Positions 57,481 through 64,000 of a stretch of DNA of 64,000 bases are shown piece by piece. Both the position numbers and the translations under genes were made by a program. Origin of the DNA: Camelus dromedarius (lineage: Eukaryota); assembly GCF_036321535.1 (NCBI RefSeq), contig NC_087437.1, forward strand, positions 112,470,001 through 112,534,000, read 5' to 3'. Each line of letters begins with the position of its first letter. Within the stretch, counting starts at the first letter, position 1. Under the pieces are notes generated by a model. It saw only the letters and a list, made by a program, of their open reading frames with translations. It had not been told where the DNA came from and made no database searches.

Positions 57481-57735
57481 GGCCGGGTTAAACGGCAGGG
57501 CCGGGTTAGACGACAGATGAAACAACCCGCAGCTTCTCATTTGACAGTAACTCGATGCAATTCACTTTGTGGAACCAAGCCACAAAGTGAAAAGCATCGA
57601 ATTGCAGAGAACAGTGTTATCACATCCCTACCCAACATTGGGCCCTCCTTGCACTTGTGGGAAGGTAGCCCAAGGTACAACTACTTAGCTTCTCGTTTTG
57701 CTTCAAGGCTCTATAGCTCTAGATTTTGGTGGTAG
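57481..57735 (+). CDS. SON: SON alternative terminal exon (7a-type, isoform B C-terminus GRVKRQGRV...SSRFWW*)
   Basis: Acceptor CTCTTCTTAG, in frame with exon 6, 84 aa matching the C-terminus I recall for human SON B. Confidence 0.88.
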   Translation, partial: GRVKRQGRVRRQMKQPAASHLTVTRCNSLCGTKPQSEKHRIAENSVITSLPNIGPSLHLWEGSPRYNYLASRFASRLYSSRFWW

Positions 57736-58266
57736 CAAATGTATTGGGTGGAGGGATTGAGCAGAGAGAGGCAGACCCTCAGGTTCAACACAAGAAGTGG
57801 ATTGGAAAAGGTCATTGTAGGCTGATGTGAGCATCTTGAATACATAGCCCATTGCCCTTAAATAATGGTTTCTTACTATTTCTCTGGGTTGTTTGTCAGA
57901 TAGCCGCTAATTTTAATAATTTCCCCTTCCCTGTGCTACCTTGGCCCTTTTGAATTTTTGTGTTTAACCTAATGCTCAGCCTTGGTACTCCATTTCCCTT
58001 CTCCTTCCTTTTTTGCTACTATTAAAAGTTGGAGAAGTGGATTTCACACCTTGAAATTTCCAGGAGGCTATAGTTGTATCTTGTCAGAATGACGCAGTAA
58101 TAACATCAAGTGTCAAAACAACCCCATTAAAATGCCGCCTGATTAAATAATGTGCTGCTAAATAATAGTGCACATGAAAACAGCAAAACTGTATATATAT
58201 GTAAATATATATATATATCTGTATCTTTGTATGTATCTCTGTATCTGTACCTTTGCTGTATCTTTT

Positions 58267-58272
58267 AATAAA
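58267..58272 (+). terminator. Candidate poly(A) signal of the SON alternative terminal exon
   Basis: AATAAA preceded by a TGTA cluster and followed by U/GU-rich and G-rich tracts. Confidence 0.65.
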
Positions 58273-61200
58273 CAGTTTACTTTTATTTAACTTGTTGTGC
58301 AAAATCACGCTTGGGGGATCTGGGAGGGTGGAGACTTACTAGGGGGGTGGGAGTTTTAAATGATACCATAGACTAGTCATCACCTCTTGCTCTTGGTTTC
58401 CAAAGCCCAAACATTTGTCCAAGGACTGGACTAGATACTTGATGCCCTCTTACAACATGGGACTTCTTCCCCAGTTCTTTTCCTTGCAGTTCTGGGATGT
58501 GTAGGTCAGAGAGACCTCTGCTCTTCACCGTTAGGTTCCCTTTGTTGGCCATATCATCATCCAATAAATACCTCTAATATTACAAGTAAATCCTGTTTAT
58601 AAAGTCAAAAGTGAACAGAACCCAAATCAGAAACTTTGATAGTATTTTCCCCCACCTGAGCTATTCACAGGTGATGTTTTCACTGTTTATTTTGACCTGT
58701 GGCATTTGAAAAGAGCAAATTCTATACAGTGAAGCTGTATATAACTAGCCAATCCAACTTACAGTCACTGTTGATGATCTATATTTTTACATGGGGTCCA
58801 ACAGTTGAAGCAAATTGTACCACTACCAGTGAGGGGGAGAGAGCTTGTTTGGACAATATTTTAATGAAGCCAGTTAAGTAGCTCAGTTGCTGATTCCCAA
58901 ATCAGACTGCCTGCACATCACAAGAAGGAAAGGTTAATTGCCATTTGCAGCTGACTTAAATCTTGCAGTAGCTGAATATAATATACCCTCTATGGTAAGA
59001 GGGCTGAACAGGCTGACTTAGAAACTCAGATACATATGCTTTTAGTAACTTCTTGAAGATTAAGCATTTAACAGAGTTGGAAAAAACATAAAGGAGATTA
59101 TTTATGTGAGAAAAATTTTCCAGTGAGTGAAGCCTTATAAATAGTGCATAATTCCAAGGGATTTTCCTGAGAAGACGTGACCATACCTGTTTTAACTTGA
59201 ACATGGGGAAAGTGCTTAGTGAATCCTGGTGATTATGTTTCTCTTTGCTTGAGAGTTCGTATATAAATACATATAAGTATTCAGCCATTTTCATTCTGAA
59301 CACTGAAGCTGTGGTGCCTTCTTACATTGTCATCAATAGTGGTTGTTGGATTTTAATGAAAAGTTCTTTTCCAAAGAAATCCCAGGAGGGAGTAGGTGGG
59401 TATTTAGATTTTATAATAAGTAAAGGAGTCTTTTATTAAAGCAGGAGGAAAAAAAGTTCTGTTCTTGAAGCAGATTTCTCTTGTGAAGAGGATAATATAC
59501 AACTATTTGACATCAGAGGTCTAAGCTAGTTTCTTAGAAGATTAGACTCAAAAAATATATATTGACTTTAAATCAAGTAAAACAATCCCAACATTTTAGG
59601 AAGGGGACACAATTTTGCTTCTGCTTTCCAGGGCTCTACTTTTATCCAGTAGCAATGATAAACACCTAGAGGAAATTGTTCATAATATAAAATATTTAGT
59701 TCCAGTATTTACCTGTATCTTACAAATATATTTGTAAGATTAATGTTCTATATGCCAGTGTTTGTAGAATGCTATTAGTGACATTTTATGGGAGCAATGA
59801 CTTGATTTCCTGTTGGGTTGGAATACTTCATAGAGTAAAAAAAGAAAAGTTCTTTTAAATGGTCAATATTTTAACTGAATAGTATTTTTAATTTTTTTAA
59901 CCTGTCTTTCATTTTAATAAATATAAATGGAATTTGTGGTTCTTTAGTTTTGAGCATAAAACATTTAGGAAAAGATCACAGATTTTACCTCAGCTTTGCT
60001 ATGATCCTTAATCCCACCGATTGTTTTGCACGTGAGTGCTCTTTGACATAAGTATGAGTGGATAGCCGTGGATGGATCAACATAAATCCTTATCTTATGG
60101 AATATCAACTCATCAGACTGTGCCCTTCTGCCATAGCATCGTCTTCCTACCCAGAAGCCAACCAGCATCATCCTCAGTAAGGAGTGACTGCAGAACTCTG
60201 AGCATATTTGTGTGAATTTGATTTGTAAACTGAAATCAAAAATGTTGGAAAACATTTAAAAAATTGTCCTCATGGGCATTAATTCTTGATAATAAAGTTA
60301 GCGAAGGCTTATTGGGTAGAAGATAAAAATGTATCTCTGACATAAAATTTCCTTGGTTTACCATCAATCATAAATGTCCAGAGGTAGTTTGCCATTAAGG
60401 TCTAGTGATTGCTTACGTGTTAGGACAGTTTTTGTTTCTGGCAGCTGTTCCTGATTTGCTATTACTGAATATTTACATGTCCCAATGGAGCTAAAATTCC
60501 CTTACATTTAGAAGCTCTAAATTTTTGAAGTTTAGGAAAGCTGAGTTCTTATGGTAAGATGAAAATTTTAATTGGAAGTGAAACACATAGGTCTTGGCAG
60601 TGCTAAAATGTGTTAAGTACAGCCTTGTTACTCATTCTTCTCTCCTTAGATTCTTCTAGGTGATTAACATAGAATTTCTTTGAAACATTTCATGGGTTAT
60701 CTGTTTGTTTTCTTGTTAGAATTCATTTAGATTAAATATATAAGTTAGCTAAGAGTTACATTAGAGAATTTAATGTGAAATAATTAAAAGATGATATAAT
60801 TCATTTTTTAAAAGTAGTCAAGCCATATAACAACTGAGACATTCTGTATTTAATGTGGCTTTTGTTCTTGTAGTTGTCATTTTCTGTATTAACCTCCTTA
60901 CATTTTATTAATTTTTGCTAAATATTTTAAAATAATGTTTTATAGGAAGGTCAGGTGCTTTTTCTTTAATTCTGTTTTCTTATAATTAAAATTTTCCTTT
61001 TATATCATCTCCTAATTTGAGATAACTGTGTAGAAAATAATTTGCGTATTACAGGGATTATTTCCCTTACCTGACTGATCACCTCTCCTAGTAATTCTCT
61101 TTTATATTCTTTCATTGACTTTATTCGAAACGCTTAAGGTAATTGTCCTATTTGTGTAAACAGTTGGGTTAACAAAGAGGGGAAGTAAATTGACTTGGAA

Positions 61201-61718
61201 GGACATTTTAAATGAGGAAGATACAAGTGGTACACCATTATAACTTAAGCCATGAAATGCTTGTTACCTGGTGTCAATTACATTATGTATGTCATTATTC
61301 CTGACAACTTTTTAGGTTATAGAAGTAGTAATCTGTGTTGCTGAAGTAGGTGAAATAATTTGGACAGATTTTTATTAATGGGAAAACTGGAATTACAATT
61401 CAGGATAGTCTTTTTGATGTGGATTTCACCTTTTAGAACAAATCTTAGAGAAAGAAAGTTAAACATTTGCCCTCATAAAACCTAGAATAATACTACACAT
61501 TAGGTAGAAAGTCTCTTTTGTATTAGTGGAAACAAATAAGGCTGTTGATAGCTTGATAATAGTAACTTTCTATAAAATTTAAGATTATTTTTTCCCCCGT
61601 TTTTAACCTCAAAACTTTTAGCATCATTTTGGTACCTTTTACACATTACTGTTTTCAAGTAACATTAAAAGATAATTTTAAGACTCTAAAGCTCTTTTAT
61701 ATTAGTTCACTATATGTT

Positions 61719-61755
61719 ATACACACACGCACACACACACGCGCGCACACCACAC
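61719..61755. repeat. (CA)n/(CG)n alternating purine-pyrimidine microsatellite
   Basis: Seen directly. Confidence 0.8.
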
Positions 61756-63314
61756 TATATAGTCCAATATAGTAGTCACTAAGTCAGCCACTGAAAAATC
61801 AGTTCCTTAATTGCACTAGCCATATTTCAAGTGCTTATTAGCTATCTCTGTAGAAAATTCTGTTGGACAGTACTGTTCTAAAGGGTAGCTGTGGTATTTC
61901 GAGTGTTTTAATACTGATTCATAACACTTGGTTTAATCTTTGAATATTAATGCTTTGTGGATTATAGTTGGCTTTTTATTGCATATCATGAGTTACCTTG
62001 AAAACCTGGAAATGTGCTTTTTGATGCAAATTCTTGGGGATCTTTAAGAGATGATCTTGATTGATTCTATTTTGAGTGTATTTCTTCATATTAAAAAGTT
62101 TGAATGTGAAATAGTCAAATCACTATTTGGTAACAAAGTTTTGACATGAAGTTGCAGCTCACTTGGTAAGCCTGTTGAATAAAAACTTCTATTACCTCAG
62201 GAGAAAACTAGTTGTAATTACATCTAAGGTAAATTTATATTAAATATCAACATTACTATATTAAATAAATATTATTTAAATAAATAAGTTAAAAATTCTT
62301 TTCAGAGTGAGATGTGAATTTAACGTAAAATATTACTAAGATTTGAAGTTTCATCCTGAGGATAAATAGTAAGGTATTTAGGTTATTTGCTTCCTTAATA
62401 AAGGTTTAAAGAGGAAAATTCGAAGATTTAAAATGTCTTCAGAAGGATGAATTCACAGATAGGTATATTAATTTGTTTTCCAGTTGGAGAGAAGTAGTTT
62501 TATTCTAGAAGAGTTGGTGTTTTCAGAGCCATCATAACTACATATGGCTATTTTACAGTTGGAAATTGGGGGATCAGAGCTTGGGGTGGTGGTGGGTAGG
62601 TATATTTTCCCCAGGGTCTCCTCTGAGTTTCAACTTTTTAGAATAAAAACTTACTATTTATACCTAAACACCTTACCACTTAGATTTGTAGTTGGGTATG
62701 AAACAAAGTAATTCTGGCAAGGTTAGTTAACAGAACTTGAGACATATTTGTTGGGCCTTCAAAAATTACATTGCTGATCTTACCTGACAGTTTTCAGAAA
62801 CATCTTAAGGCAGGTGAAAGAAATTTAAAATTCTGACCTGAAATATTTGGGTTCCCATTTAAAGTCCCAGCATTGTAATAGACTGGGACTATTGTAATTA
62901 GAAGTGAGAAGTGAACATACTGAATTTTTTAGTGTTTCAGTCTGGCTTTGCGTATATAAGCCCCAGAAATACTCTATAATTAGTGTGGATAATTTACAAA
63001 GTTAACTAAGAAATTAGGATCTTTTGTTAATGAGATCTGTACGCAGTCTAATAAATAATTACAGAATGAATTCAGTTTAATTTTCCTTTCATTTTAAGAA
63101 GGCAACTATATAGAAATCTGTACTTTGTGGTACCTTGTGTAAGAAAAAATTAATTTTGCTAAAGGAATATTAGATGATTCAGCAAGATAACTAAGAATGA
63201 TGGAGTGTTAAGGGATTCTGAAAATAGGAAAAGGAAGATTAGTAATCCTTATGCATCAGATCTAATTATTCTCTCAGTCATATACCCTTCTCTACTATAT
63301 AGGTCTTAAATATT

Positions 63315-63461
63315 TGTTTTTTTAATTACAATTTTTTAAAAAAAATTTTAAGGGGGAGGTAATTAAGTTTATTTATTTTTTTAATGGGGGTACTGGGGAT
63401 TGAACCCAGGACCTCATGCATGCTATATAGGCACTCTACCACTGAGCTACAGCCTCCTCAC
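63315..63461 (-). mobile_element. tRNA-derived SINE (Vic-1-like)
   Basis: Same family as 10194-10314. Confidence 0.8.
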
Positions 63462-64000
63462 TAGGTTTTATTTTTAAAAGAAGTATTTCATACACGTTAC
63501 ATAAATTATAGGTAGCCTTACCTTAGCTTTCTTAGCTATTCAAAAAAAACTTTAGCTGTTAACTTATTTTACTGGCTTACTTATATTTGTCATATCTGTG
63601 CAGTACCTACTAATCATTCTTTGTATATGAATTTAGGAAAAGCTTCCCATGTCAGATAAGCATTTTCAAAAAATGAATTTTCATGGGTGAAATACTAGAA
63701 TATATTAATGGGTTAAGTCATATTAGATGAATAAACAAGTATTAGGAATTGGTGAGTTGACACATCAACCTGAGCTCTTAATGTTAGAACAGAAAACATC
63801 AAATACTTACTTGATGGTTTTTTTCCTTCTGTTGTTGATTGAGCCTTCCACAGATTTGACAAATAAGGAATTTGCTCTAAAGGTTATCCTTAAAATTATT
63901 CCTGGACATTATAAAACATCTTAAAAAGTTAAGTCACCTCTGCTTAGCATAAGCTTTTTACAGATAGAATATGAGCTTTGAAAGTGAGGACCTAAGACAT

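Noticed and set aside
58900..64000. Further SON exons or other genes in the AT-rich right end
   Set aside because: No match to the expected exon 7 peptide (PVDISTAMSER...) and only short random ORFs; treated as intron 6.

Overview
Mammalian genomic DNA, most likely a camelid, judging from four Vic-1-like tRNA-derived SINEs. The window covers the conserved DNAJC28-GART-SON neighbourhood. It contains a CpG-island promoter at the left edge (probably DNAJC28, inferred from synteny only) and a repeat-rich intergenic stretch with three solo LTRs with TSDs, L1s, MIR and MER elements. The complete GART gene lies on the - strand: 21 coding exons summing to 3033 nt, i.e. 1010 aa plus stop. A bidirectional GART/SON CpG-island promoter follows, then SON exons 1-6 and two alternative terminal exons on the + strand; SON continues past the window. 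Three observations stand out. (1) A 2.26-kb insertion at 1822-4078 looks like a retrocopy of an unspliced, intronically polyadenylated GOLGA7 transcript (first coding exon with ATG>AAG, retained donor and presumed intron, AATAAA, A-tail, TSD), inserted into an old L1. (2) A ~490-nt inverted repeat in SON intron 4 has outer-arm deviations that are almost all G-U wobbles on the sense strand, and its loop holds the acceptor of the Phe-stop alternative terminal exon. (3) An L2-derived poly(A) signal and a UGUA/PUM-rich poly(A) cassette plausibly terminate the two short SON isoforms. All protein and repeat identifications are from recognition of the sequence; no searches were run.
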